Assembly: GCA_020061585.1 (NCBI GenBank)
Contig: JAGUXX010000201.1
Location: 4,575-68,574, forward strand
Direction: 5' to 3'
DNA: 64,000 nucleotides
From: Betaproteobacteria bacterium
GTDB taxonomy: Bacteria > Pseudomonadota > Gammaproteobacteria > Burkholderiales > Thiobacillaceae
Shown: in pieces, positions 35,263 to 43,960 of the stretch
How the letters are laid out: each line of letters opens with the position of its first letter
Numbering within the stretch: position 1 is the stretch's first letter
The notes under the pieces: generated by a model
Databases searched by the model: none
What the model was told of the DNA's origin: nothing
What the model saw: the letters and a program-made list of their open reading frames with translations, nothing else
Made by a program: the position numbers and the translations under genes

Positions 35263-36561
35263 TCAGATTCTTTCGTCCAGCAGCAGCTCGACCATGCTTG
35301 GATCGAAAGTGGGAATACCCAATCGCGCTTCCGCTTCCATGCGTTGGGAGAAACTGTCATCAATGAAGATACCTCGCCCTGGGAGCATGTAATCCACCTT
35401 GGATTCCGATTCCCGCAGCCAATGGACCGTGTCGAACAATGACGCAATCCGCCATTGATCGAGGCAGGCGGACGGATCCGCCGCCACGGATTTGGAGACC
35501 AGAACCAGCCGGATACCCTTGTTGACGCACTGATAGAGGAACCGTATCAGGACAAGATTGAGTTGCCCGTTGACGATGATCGTATCGTCGAGATCCACAT
35601 ACACCGTGTCATATTCCAGCGAGTGCGCGTATCGGTTCGTCAACGCACGATCGATCACCACATCAGCCGCGGGCAGCGAATGAACCCGGACATCGAGATC
35701 GAATGCATCCAGGATACTCAGCAATGCGAAGTTCACGCCCTGTACCCGATGCATGGCCATCGTCCCGGCAATCCTGGATTCAACTTCCAACAACACAAGA
35801 CGACCGTGTTTCCCGACTTTCGCCTGAAAGAACCAGGCGCCGCGCATCGGAATACATTGCTGGATTTTCGCCGCCATCTCGCGCAACTCGCCGCCCACCT
35901 CGGAGGATGGGGTCTCGCTATGCATCGAGGTCCCCATGCGGATGCGTTCGCGGGTTCTCGGCCCGGCAAAGAGAATTTCGCCATGCCGATCGGAAAAACA
36001 GTCCACGGTGAACTCCTCGCCGGGCAGGTATTCGCAGACGATATCGCCTGACCCGGGAGGACGCGCCAGGAACTCGGCGTGGCTTTCGACGATGCGCGCG
36101 CCCTGGGCGCCATACATCGCATCGGGTTTGATGAACAGAGGGAAAGCGCTGTTCTCGTCAACATCGACATGCAATTCGGGCACGGCAAACACGTGGCGCA
36201 ACGTGTCATAGGTCGCGGTCTTGGAACGCGTCAGCGCCAACACCTCGGACGGCGCGGCAATCAACTTGCATGGCAAATCGTCACGATAGCGATCGAGAAA
36301 ATCGATCACAAGGGCGTTGGCTGGAAAGATGCAGTCAATTGCCCATTCCGCTATCAGCCCCCGCAGCGCGCCCAGGCAGGTCCGGTCGGCGATGGGCGGA
36401 ATTTCCCGGTGCCTGGCATAAACGAACGGGGCATGTTGCTTTACCCCGCTGGCAGCGGAAAACAACTTGACCTCTTTGCAGTGGCGTAGCGATCTCCAGA
36501 TTTCCAGCCCAACCTCGGTTCCTCCGGGAAAGACAAGAACTCGCTTCTGGAATTTAGGCAT
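35263..36561 (-). CDS. ATP-grasp enzyme fused to a C-terminal HAD-like domain
   Basis: ATP-grasp core: FPLFIKPDAMYGAQGARIV...IVCEYLPGEEFTVDCF...LLEVESRIAGT. HAD motifs: VYVDLDDTII (DxDxT), LVSKS, and FIDDS. Confidence 0.7.
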   Translation of the reverse strand: MPKFQKRVLVFPGGTEVGLEIWRSLRHCKEVKLFSAASGVKQHAPFVYARHREIPPIADRTCLGALRGLIAEWAIDCIFPANALVIDFLDRYRDDLPCKLIAAPSEVLALTRSKTATYDTLRHVFAVPELHVDVDENSAFPLFIKPDAMYGAQGARIVESHAEFLARPPGSGDIVCEYLPGEEFTVDCFSDRHGEILFAGPRTRERIRMGTSMHSETPSSEVGGELREMAAKIQQCIPMRGAWFFQAKVGKHGRLVLLEVESRIAGTMAMHRVQGVNFALLSILDAFDLDVRVHSLPAADVVIDRALTNRYAHSLEYDTVYVDLDDTIIVNGQLNLVLIRFLYQCVNKGIRLVLVSKSVAADPSACLDQWRIASLFDTVHWLRESESKVDYMLPGRGIFIDDSFSQRMEAEARLGIPTFDPSMVELLLDERI

Positions 36562-36603
36562 CCTGAAACCTGATCAGAAACCGGTGCCCGAACAACCCGC
36601 CGC

Positions 36604-37437
36604 TCATTTCACCGGCAAACGCGCCGGCCACTGGCCGCGGTTCGTCCGAAAGGGCAAGCGTCGCACCCAAAGCAGAATATTGAGCAAACCCACCGCCTCC
36701 TGATGAATCCGCCGCTCGATATCATGAAAATCCTTGCGTGCCTGGTTGCAGTTGATCGCGGGATGGGCGGCCAGCCCCCGGTAACGGTAGCGGTACACGA
36801 CATCGTGCAAATAGCCATAACGGCCTGTATTCAGGATTTTCAGGGCGCTCCAGCGATCCTCGATCATGTGCTCCTGGATGAACTTGCCAAATTTCAGGAA
36901 TGCGCTACGTCTGGCGAATATCCGAGCCCAGACGATGCTCCAGTTGAACATGGCATTCAGCATGATGATCCCAGGCAATTTCATCGGCAGCGAGTACGCA
37001 TCCGAAATGACCTTCGACTTGAGCGTGTTGCCCTCCAGATCGACGATTTCGCAATTCGAAAAGACGAAATCAAGCTTGCGGCGGGTTTCGAGGAATTCCC
37101 TCTGCAAATCAACGCCACGCGCCTCGAGCATATCGTCGGACGCCGTGAACATGATGAACTCGCCGGTGGCCTCCTCGGCAAGACGATTCAGATTCGTGGT
37201 TACTCCCCGATTCACCGGGTTGGAAAGTAGCCGGGTGCCATGAAACCGTCCCGCATTCTTTTCAAGCCAAGCCTTGGCAACGTCGTACGAACCATCCGGG
37301 GAGGCATCGTCACAAATGATCAACTCGATCTTGCCGCAGTCGGAAAGCAACAGGCTGTCCAAAGCTTGTCCCACCAGCGCTTCATGGTTGTATAGCGGAA
37401 TCAGCACGGAGGTGATGCCTGATTGTTCGCGTATCAC
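36604..37437 (-). CDS. GT2-family glycosyltransferase
   Basis: ITSVLIPLYNHEALVGQALDSLL...ELIICDDASPDGS, with FTASDDML. The start is taken at GTG 37437, which overlaps the upstream TGA (GTGA). The track ORF's longer N-terminus overlaps the SDR gene. Confidence 0.8.
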   Translation of the reverse strand: MIREQSGITSVLIPLYNHEALVGQALDSLLLSDCGKIELIICDDASPDGSYDVAKAWLEKNAGRFHGTRLLSNPVNRGVTTNLNRLAEEATGEFIMFTASDDMLEARGVDLQREFLETRRKLDFVFSNCEIVDLEGNTLKSKVISDAYSLPMKLPGIIMLNAMFNWSIVWARIFARRSAFLKFGKFIQEHMIEDRWSALKILNTGRYGYLHDVVYRYRYRGLAAHPAINCNQARKDFHDIERRIHQEAVGLLNILLWVRRLPFRTNRGQWPARLPVK

Positions 37438-38510
37438 TTCCCGACTCCTGTCGGCATGTCCGAAAAAGATGAAGCATGCGCCGCCGAGCGGCGTATGGCA
37501 TCGGGGAGCGCGGTCCATACGTCCAGGCCAAGTTCTTCCCGGGCTCGTCCAATGTCCGGTACATAGCGGTCTCTCGGCGTATTGCCGATACTGAGATTTG
37601 TCTGCCCGAGCACCCGTACTGTTTTATCCGGGCAGACGATGTCGCGAACCAGATTTGCGAGATCGCCGATGCTGATCGCCCGATCCGAGCCGATGTTGTA
37701 GATCCGGCCATTGCCCCCGGCGAGCAGCGCTGCCAGCAGCCAGACGACCAAGTCGGCCAGATAGAGATAGGAGCGCTCCGGACGGCCGTCGCCGTTGACC
37801 GTGATCGCTTCGGCGCCCAATGCCTGGCCGATGAAATTGCCTATCGCATAGTGAATGTCGAGCGGCAGAAACGGCCCGACGAAGGAAAAGCAACGTGCAA
37901 TGCAGCACGCCCAGTCATGCCGATGGGCGTAATAGGCGCAAAGGAATTCGGCGCTGCGCTTGGCTTGGCCAAGCGCCGAATTGACGTCCGTGGTATCCGG
38001 CGCACCGGAATAGGTTTCCGGAATGCGATCGATCCGCGTCGGCTGCACGCCATACGCGACGCCGGAACTCAGAAACAGAAAGCGCTCAACCCCGCATTGG
38101 GTGCAAAAATCCAGAATCCTGCGAGTCCCGTCAACCAAGGTGTCGAACTTGGACAGTGGCGTTGCGCCCTGGTAAGTTTCGCGCGCCGAAGTGGTGGCGG
38201 CATGAATGACGTGGCTGAATTCGCCTTTCGGAAAGACGAAGTCGCGCACGTCACCGACATGGAAACGCATCGCCGGATCGGCGACCAGATGCGGCGCCGC
38301 CCTGGCCAGTGCCGACGGATCGCGGCTCAGCACGGTGACTCGAATGCCGGCGTCGAGTTGCATATTGGCATGCCGGATCGACTCCAGCAGCCAACGTCCG
38401 AACCACCCGGTACCGCCTGTGAGGAATATCGAACGACCGCGCAGGCCATCCCAAATCTCGGGCTTGCGACCGAGAATGGCGTCGAGATCGGCGCGAATGG
38501 CGTCGTGCAT
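37434..38510 (-). CDS. Extended SDR (NAD-dependent epimerase/dehydratase family)
   Basis: Rossmann motif IFLTGGTGWFGRWLL and LSSGVAYG. The expected YxxxK position reads LGQAK. Confidence 0.8.
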   Translation of the reverse strand: MHDAIRADLDAILGRKPEIWDGLRGRSIFLTGGTGWFGRWLLESIRHANMQLDAGIRVTVLSRDPSALARAAPHLVADPAMRFHVGDVRDFVFPKGEFSHVIHAATTSARETYQGATPLSKFDTLVDGTRRILDFCTQCGVERFLFLSSGVAYGVQPTRIDRIPETYSGAPDTTDVNSALGQAKRSAEFLCAYYAHRHDWACCIARCFSFVGPFLPLDIHYAIGNFIGQALGAEAITVNGDGRPERSYLYLADLVVWLLAALLAGGNGRIYNIGSDRAISIGDLANLVRDIVCPDKTVRVLGQTNLSIGNTPRDRYVPDIGRAREELGLDVWTALPDAIRRSAAHASSFSDMPTGVGK

Positions 38511-38527
38511 GCGTGCGCTGTTACGGG

Positions 38528-40420
38528 TCAGCCGAGGACCACAAGACCGCTGGTCCAGTATTCGGCCGGCTGGCCGAAATGGACCCGGTGATTGAAGGTG
38601 AGATCGGGCCCGTAAGCCTCGAAGTGCAGCCCGGCGTCGACCCGGTCACCGGCCAGAGCCGCCAGCCACAGCAACGGCGGATAGCCGTTCTCGCGCAGCA
38701 GCAGGCCGGGGTTGCCGACCAGGGCGGCGCAGGTATCGTAAGCGCCGGCGAGCAGAAAATCATCGGGCAAGCTGGCGATCCGCGCCAACGCGGCCGGGAT
38801 GGAATATTCGTTCAGGCAGGGGAAGTAGTAGCCGACCACGGCATCCCGCGCCATGGCCTCGATCAAGCGCTCATGGCGCGAGCCTGGCGCCACCGAGAGC
38901 GTGCCGGCCAGACTGGCCTTGACGTGGTTGACGAAATCGTAATCCGGCAGACTGGCTTCGAAGGCGCCGCGCACGGCGCCGAGGTAGTGGGTTTCCAGCG
39001 CCTCGCCGATATCCTGGTGGTCCGCCTTCGGCAGCAGGAAGGGCACACCGACGCCGCGCACGATGTCTGCGGTTTCCGGACGCCCGCCAAGGCGCGCCAG
39101 AATGGCCTGGGCGCGTCGGGCGAACTCGTCCGCCGATGGCAAGCCTGCGCGACCCAGGTGGGTCTCGGCGCGGGCATGTATGCCGGCATAGTCGATCTCG
39201 GGCTGCTCGACCACGAACCAGCGTCGAGTGATCGCCGGCACCGCGCCGCTCCCGGTTTCCGGAACGCAGCGACCATATTCGTCAAACAGCGCCGCGGGTG
39301 CCCTGGCCGGGGCGGCCAGGTCGGCGACCACGCTGTCGGCCTCGGAAAAGCCCTTGCCCCAGGGCACCGGCAGAAACGATACGCCGTGCGTTTTTTCGGC
39401 ATGGATGGCGATGAACTTGGGATCCTCGCCGATCAGACAATCCGGGCGGTACGGACCCAGCCAGGGATTGCGCATGCCCCGCGCCAGGACTTCCTTGAGC
39501 GGGGTCTCGCGCAGATTGCCGATGGAGAAGTCGATGTAGGGACAGGGCGTGACCTCCATGGTCGAAGTCACGGTGATGATGCCCTTGACCGTGATGCAGC
39601 CCTTGAACGAGCCGTAGGACGGCGTCATGTGGGTGAAGACGCTGAACTCCTTCTCCAGCGCGCGCACGGCGTCGGCGTCGGCCTTGTCGATCACCAGTTC
39701 CGGGTGGTCCGAACAGGCGCCGGACGGCTTGGCATAGGAAACGTAGAGGCCGATGCCGCGGTTCTCCACGAACTGGCACAGGTCGCGGAATTCCTGTGTG
39801 CGCGCCCGGCCCTTGACCAAGACCGTGGCCAGGATCAGGTTGAGGCCGGCATCCAGGCTGGCGTCGATGGCGCGCATCACGCGCTTGTAGGAGCCTGGCT
39901 TGTTGCGGAAGGTGTCATGGTCCTGCTCGATGTAACTGTCGAGCGAGAGTTGCACCTTGTCGACGCCGATGGCTTTCAGGTGACGCGCCTGCTCGGCATC
40001 CAGAAACCAGCCGTTGGTGTCGGTAACGATGTAGTGCATATCGGGGTCGATGGCCGCCACGACCGCGTCGAAATCCTTCATCACCAAAGGTTCGCCGCCG
40101 GTGATCACAAAGCGTGCCAGGCCCAGTTCGTCAGCCTCGCGAGACAGGCGACGCACGTCATCCATGTCCATCTTGCGGCGGGTGTCGACCACCTTGAGCA
40201 CCTTGTCCAGGTGGCGGTCCATGTAATACTCGGCCGAGCAGTGGGTACAGTGGAAATTGCACAGGTAGCTCTTTTCCAGGCGGATGATCGGACTGATCTC
40301 GCCCCGCGCCTCCATCTCGGCGATAAGCGCGAGCTTGGCCGCGACGCGCGGCTTGGTCTGCTTCAGGCCGTTGCGCTTGGCCAGTTCCTCGGCGGTCAAC
40401 AACAGTTCGGGTGCGTTCAT
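38528..40420 (-). CDS. Radical SAM enzyme with an uncharacterised C-terminal domain of roughly 270 aa
   Basis: CX3CX2C (YLCNFHCTHCSAE), GGEPLV, and a twitch-like segment VTPCPYIDFSIGNLRETPLKEVL. I could not assign the C-terminal half (from about aa 360). The antisense mirror ORF was rejected. Confidence 0.75.
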   Translation of the reverse strand: MNAPELLLTAEELAKRNGLKQTKPRVAAKLALIAEMEARGEISPIIRLEKSYLCNFHCTHCSAEYYMDRHLDKVLKVVDTRRKMDMDDVRRLSREADELGLARFVITGGEPLVMKDFDAVVAAIDPDMHYIVTDTNGWFLDAEQARHLKAIGVDKVQLSLDSYIEQDHDTFRNKPGSYKRVMRAIDASLDAGLNLILATVLVKGRARTQEFRDLCQFVENRGIGLYVSYAKPSGACSDHPELVIDKADADAVRALEKEFSVFTHMTPSYGSFKGCITVKGIITVTSTMEVTPCPYIDFSIGNLRETPLKEVLARGMRNPWLGPYRPDCLIGEDPKFIAIHAEKTHGVSFLPVPWGKGFSEADSVVADLAAPARAPAALFDEYGRCVPETGSGAVPAITRRWFVVEQPEIDYAGIHARAETHLGRAGLPSADEFARRAQAILARLGGRPETADIVRGVGVPFLLPKADHQDIGEALETHYLGAVRGAFEASLPDYDFVNHVKASLAGTLSVAPGSRHERLIEAMARDAVVGYYFPCLNEYSIPAALARIASLPDDFLLAGAYDTCAALVGNPGLLLRENGYPPLLWLAALAGDRVDAGLHFEAYGPDLTFNHRVHFGQPAEYWTSGLVVLG

Positions 40421-40439
40421 GGGCGTAGCTTCCGGTAAA

Positions 40440-41003
40440 TCAATGGTCTATCGGTCGATCAGGCATCCGCCCATCGATACAGGGGCGGTATATCTCGTGA
40501 ACGGCGATCAGGTCTGGCGGGCAACGGTCGTGCCATTGCCATTGGCCGTTTAACGGCATCCCGCCGGAATACTTGAGCAATTCGCTCGGCTGACTTGACA
40601 GGCGGCAGTTGAACAACAACGAAATGAAATGACCGCGCACATCCCGGTGCGGGGCCATGATCTCGCGCAGTTCCGCGGGCGCCGCATCGTGCTCGACGAT
40701 GCAGCCCAGTTCGTTCCAGGCCACGGCGGCGATCCGCTCGGCGAAAGTCTCCTTGAACCGAACAATACCACCCGGAATGTGCCAACCCGCTCCGTAGAAT
40801 TCGTCCTGGCGCCAAGTCAGCAGCGTTGCGCCGCTGTCGTTGCGGATAAGCAGATCCACATTCACCAGCGGCGTAAGCCGACTGACCAGGAAGAACACCT
40901 CCTGGGGCAGGCCATCGCGGGCCGACCCCAGCGCGGCGTCGAGGCCGGCAACGTGGTCGGCCACCGCCCTGCCCGGCCGTTCACTATCACGAAACCCGCT
41001 CAA
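40440..41003 (-). CDS. Nudix hydrolase (GDP-mannose mannosyl hydrolase-like, degenerate Nudix box)
   Basis: WHIPGGIVRFKETFAERIAAVAWNELG resembles the modified Nudix box of NudD/Gmm-type sugar-nucleotide hydrolases. Confidence 0.65.
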   Translation of the reverse strand: MSGFRDSERPGRAVADHVAGLDAALGSARDGLPQEVFFLVSRLTPLVNVDLLIRNDSGATLLTWRQDEFYGAGWHIPGGIVRFKETFAERIAAVAWNELGCIVEHDAAPAELREIMAPHRDVRGHFISLLFNCRLSSQPSELLKYSGGMPLNGQWQWHDRCPPDLIAVHEIYRPCIDGRMPDRPIDH

Positions 41004-42126
41004 GACCGTGGTCCCTCAGGATAGCGACATGCTCGACTTGTCTGAAGCGGTTGCAAACGATCTTTGCCACTTCATCCGAATAACTCGCCGCCATGACGAT
41101 GACGGCGCCGACCGGGTCTTCCAGCAGGCGCTCCGGCGCGACGATGGGAATATGGCTGGCGGCGGTGTAACGATTCTGCTTGAACGGCGCGGAGTCCACC
41201 ACGTAGCGCACCCGGCCGCCAAGGTCGAGCAGGGCGAGGGTAGCCAGGGCCTGATGCCCGGCGCCCCAGATCGCCACGCCGCCGGAACTGTGGCGTTCGA
41301 GAAAGGTATCCAGCTCATCTTGCAGGCGGCTGCGACGCGACACGAAGGCGGACACGTCACAGGGCGCGCGCTTGCGCACCACGGCGGAGAGGATGTAGTC
41401 GTACCAGACCTCGGTGCATGCGAGCACCTCGAAACCGGCCAGACGCAGGGTGGTTTCCAGCGTTTCGCGCGTGAAATAACTCAGATGATCGGAAATGAAC
41501 TCGGTGAACAGGCCGCGCGCCAGAATCATGTCGAAATTCGGCACCTCGACCAGGCCGATTCCGTCGGCGTCGAGATTGCCGGCGATGCCACGCAGGCCGC
41601 CGACGGGGTCGGGCCAGTGTTCCAGGAAGTTGAGCGCCACGAAGGCATCGAACGGCCCGCCGTCGATCACCGCGGCCGGGTCGTCGACAAAGCCTTGCGT
41701 GGCCGGCAGACCCTGCTCCAGACAATGCCTTACCGCCAGCGCGTCGTGTTCCAGTCCGTGCGCCGCGAGGCCCGCCTCTCGCAGCAGGGCGAGATACTCG
41801 CCCCGACCGCAGCCGATCTCGAGCGTTTTCCTGCCCGACAGGCCGTATCGGCCGGCAAAGTCCGCGAACTGCTGGCGCCGGAAGTCCTTCATCTCGTCGG
41901 AAAAACCGGCCGCCCGAATCACGTCTCGGTAGTACGGCACCGGGCCGTTGCCGGTCTGCACCAAACCGCAGGCCGGACATTGCAGGATGTCCAGGTCCAC
42001 ACCCTGGTCAGTGTCCAGGCCGGCGGCATCGGGCAGATACTGGGCAGCGGCGGGCATGTTTTCCAGGCGGATCAGAGGCACATCAGGCATGACCGCCTGG
42101 CAAAGCCGGCACGTCCGCTTATCCAT
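40987..42126 (-). CDS. NDP-hexose C-methyltransferase (TylCIII/TcaB9-like three-domain architecture)
   Basis: N-terminal Zn-ribbon CRLC...CPACGLVQ, SAM motif TLEIGCGRGEYL, and C-terminal domain VAIWGAGHQALATLALL...VRYVVDSAPFKQNRYTAASHIPIVAPE...AVIVMAASYSDEV. Confidence 0.8.
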   Translation of the reverse strand: MDKRTCRLCQAVMPDVPLIRLENMPAAAQYLPDAAGLDTDQGVDLDILQCPACGLVQTGNGPVPYYRDVIRAAGFSDEMKDFRRQQFADFAGRYGLSGRKTLEIGCGRGEYLALLREAGLAAHGLEHDALAVRHCLEQGLPATQGFVDDPAAVIDGGPFDAFVALNFLEHWPDPVGGLRGIAGNLDADGIGLVEVPNFDMILARGLFTEFISDHLSYFTRETLETTLRLAGFEVLACTEVWYDYILSAVVRKRAPCDVSAFVSRRSRLQDELDTFLERHSSGGVAIWGAGHQALATLALLDLGGRVRYVVDSAPFKQNRYTAASHIPIVAPERLLEDPVGAVIVMAASYSDEVAKIVCNRFRQVEHVAILRDHGLERVS

Positions 42127-43960
42127 CCAAAGAGGCCCTTGCCCGGATGGACTGTTCCGACAAGTCCACGATCATTTCCTGACGCAACACGTCCAGCGGC
42201 AGGAGCGGAGTCATATCCTCCAACGGCATCGACAACATTGAGCCGTCCGGTTGCGGCAGCGCGGCGGCTTTGGGCCAGAGCGTCTCATCGCTGATCAAGC
42301 GCACATCGCAGATCAACGGCCCGGGATGCGCCATGGCTTGACGCAATCCGGCCGCCAAGCCAGCCGCGTCCATGATGCGTATCACCGGCAAGCCGAACGA
42401 CTCGGCCACCTTACCCAGATCGGGGAAATCAAGTCCACCCTCGGCGCCGGTGGCGATGAAACGCCCCTGAAAGTAATTGCGCTGGGTATTGCGGATCGAG
42501 GCATACCCGCCATTGTTCAGGACGAACAAACGAATCGGCAGATTACGGCCCTTGAGGATGGCCAGTTCTTGCAGATTCAGCATCAGGCTGCCGTCACTCT
42601 CCACCGCCACCATGGGTTTGTTGCCGTGGCCGATGCAGGCGCCGATGGCGGCTGGCAGGCCGTAACCCATGGCGCCCAGGCCGGATGTCAGGAACACGCG
42701 CTGGCCGGGCTTGTTGCGAAACACGCTGTAGAAGGCCTCAATGCCGAGACCGGAGCTGCCGGTGGCGATGGGGATATCGGGCGGTAACGCTTCGGACAGC
42801 GCATCGACAAACTGGTAATGACTGATCGGCCCGGCGGCGGAAAATGGCAGGCCATCGTTGACCGGATAACGCGCCTTCCAGTCCTGACAACGCGTCCGCC
42901 AAGCCGAAAAATCCCTGATCGTGATGGATTCGCCCGCCGCCAACAGGGCTGTGATGGCGGTTTTGGCATCGGCAGCCATCGGCTCGTCGATAGACATGCC
43001 GGCTTTTACAAGCTCGTTGGGATCTATGTCTATCACCACCTTGCGGGCCCCGCGACCATAACCGGCTGGGTTATAGGCGGTCACGACGGGGTCAAGACGA
43101 CAGCCGATGACAATCAACAGATCGCAGTTCTGTACGGCGAAGTTGGGCGCGCGCAAGGCCACCACACCCGGACGACCGACACACAATGGATGGTCGTATG
43201 GAATCAGATCTAGTGCGTTCCAGGTGGTCACCACCGGGATTTTCCAGGTTTCATACAACTCGCGAAAAGCCTCGGCGGCACCCGCCAGGCGCACACCGTG
43301 CCCAGCCAGCAGCAGCGGTCGCTCGGCCTGGCTCAGCAGCGCCATGATCCGTTCAATCTGGTCTGGCGCCGGCCTGGTCATGCTGGCCGCATCCGCGACT
43401 GCCGGCCCCAAAAGTGCGGCGGGGTCGATGACCACGGCCTGGATATCGAGCGGCACATCCAACCAAACCGGACCGGGTCGGCCTTCGAGCATCAAGCGTA
43501 AAGCCGTATCGAGATGGCGTTTGACTTGCGCGGGGTCATCCAGCGTAACGGCATACTTCGTGATGCCCCGCACCATGGGCACAATGTCCACCTCCTGCAC
43601 GCCGCCTTGGCGCAACGGCCTGCCGGCCAGGCGATCAGCGCGCTTGACCTGGCCGGAGATCACCAGCATGGGCAGCGAATCGATCCAGGCTCCGGCCACC
43701 GGAGTGATGGCGTTGGTGGCGCCCGGCCCGGTGGTCACCATGACGACACCGAAGCCGGGATTTCCGGGCGCGCCGGTCCGACCATAGGCCTCGGCGGCAA
43801 TGGCGGCGGCCTGTTCATGATGGCAGGGCACCGCGGTCAGTCGCTTTTCGCACGCCAGGGCATCGTTCAGGTGCATGGCGCCGCCGCCCGGCAGCAGGAA
43901 GACATGACGCAACCCGGCGTCGGCCAGGCGGGACATCAGGTAATCGGCAACGCGCATCAC
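42119..43960 (-). CDS. Thiamine-diphosphate enzyme of the acetolactate-synthase large-subunit family (YerE-like candidate)
   Basis: 613 aa. N-terminal Pyr domain (VTTGPGATNA) and ThDP-binding motif GLGAMGYGLPAAIGA...ESDGSLMLNLQELA...NNGGYASI. There is no small regulatory subunit, and it is embedded in CDP-sugar genes. Confidence 0.85.
   Translation of the reverse strand: MMRVADYLMSRLADAGLRHVFLLPGGGAMHLNDALACEKRLTAVPCHHEQAAAIAAEAYGRTGAPGNPGFGVVMVTTGPGATNAITPVAGAWIDSLPMLVISGQVKRADRLAGRPLRQGGVQEVDIVPMVRGITKYAVTLDDPAQVKRHLDTALRLMLEGRPGPVWLDVPLDIQAVVIDPAALLGPAVADAASMTRPAPDQIERIMALLSQAERPLLLAGHGVRLAGAAEAFRELYETWKIPVVTTWNALDLIPYDHPLCVGRPGVVALRAPNFAVQNCDLLIVIGCRLDPVVTAYNPAGYGRGARKVVIDIDPNELVKAGMSIDEPMAADAKTAITALLAAGESITIRDFSAWRTRCQDWKARYPVNDGLPFSAAGPISHYQFVDALSEALPPDIPIATGSSGLGIEAFYSVFRNKPGQRVFLTSGLGAMGYGLPAAIGACIGHGNKPMVAVESDGSLMLNLQELAILKGRNLPIRLFVLNNGGYASIRNTQRNYFQGRFIATGAEGGLDFPDLGKVAESFGLPVIRIMDAAGLAAGLRQAMAHPGPLICDVRLISDETLWPKAAALPQPDGSMLSMPLEDMTPLLPLDVLRQEMIVDLSEQSIRARASLDG

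Noticed and set aside
38513-40438. A 641-aa plus-strand ORF that mirrors almost exactly the 630-aa minus-strand radical SAM gene
   Set aside because: The minus-strand product carries CX3CX2C, GGEPLV and twitch-like motifs and fits the operon direction. The plus-strand product is a low-complexity Arg/Ala/Gly/His-rich sequence typical of antisense shadow ORFs in high-GC DNA.
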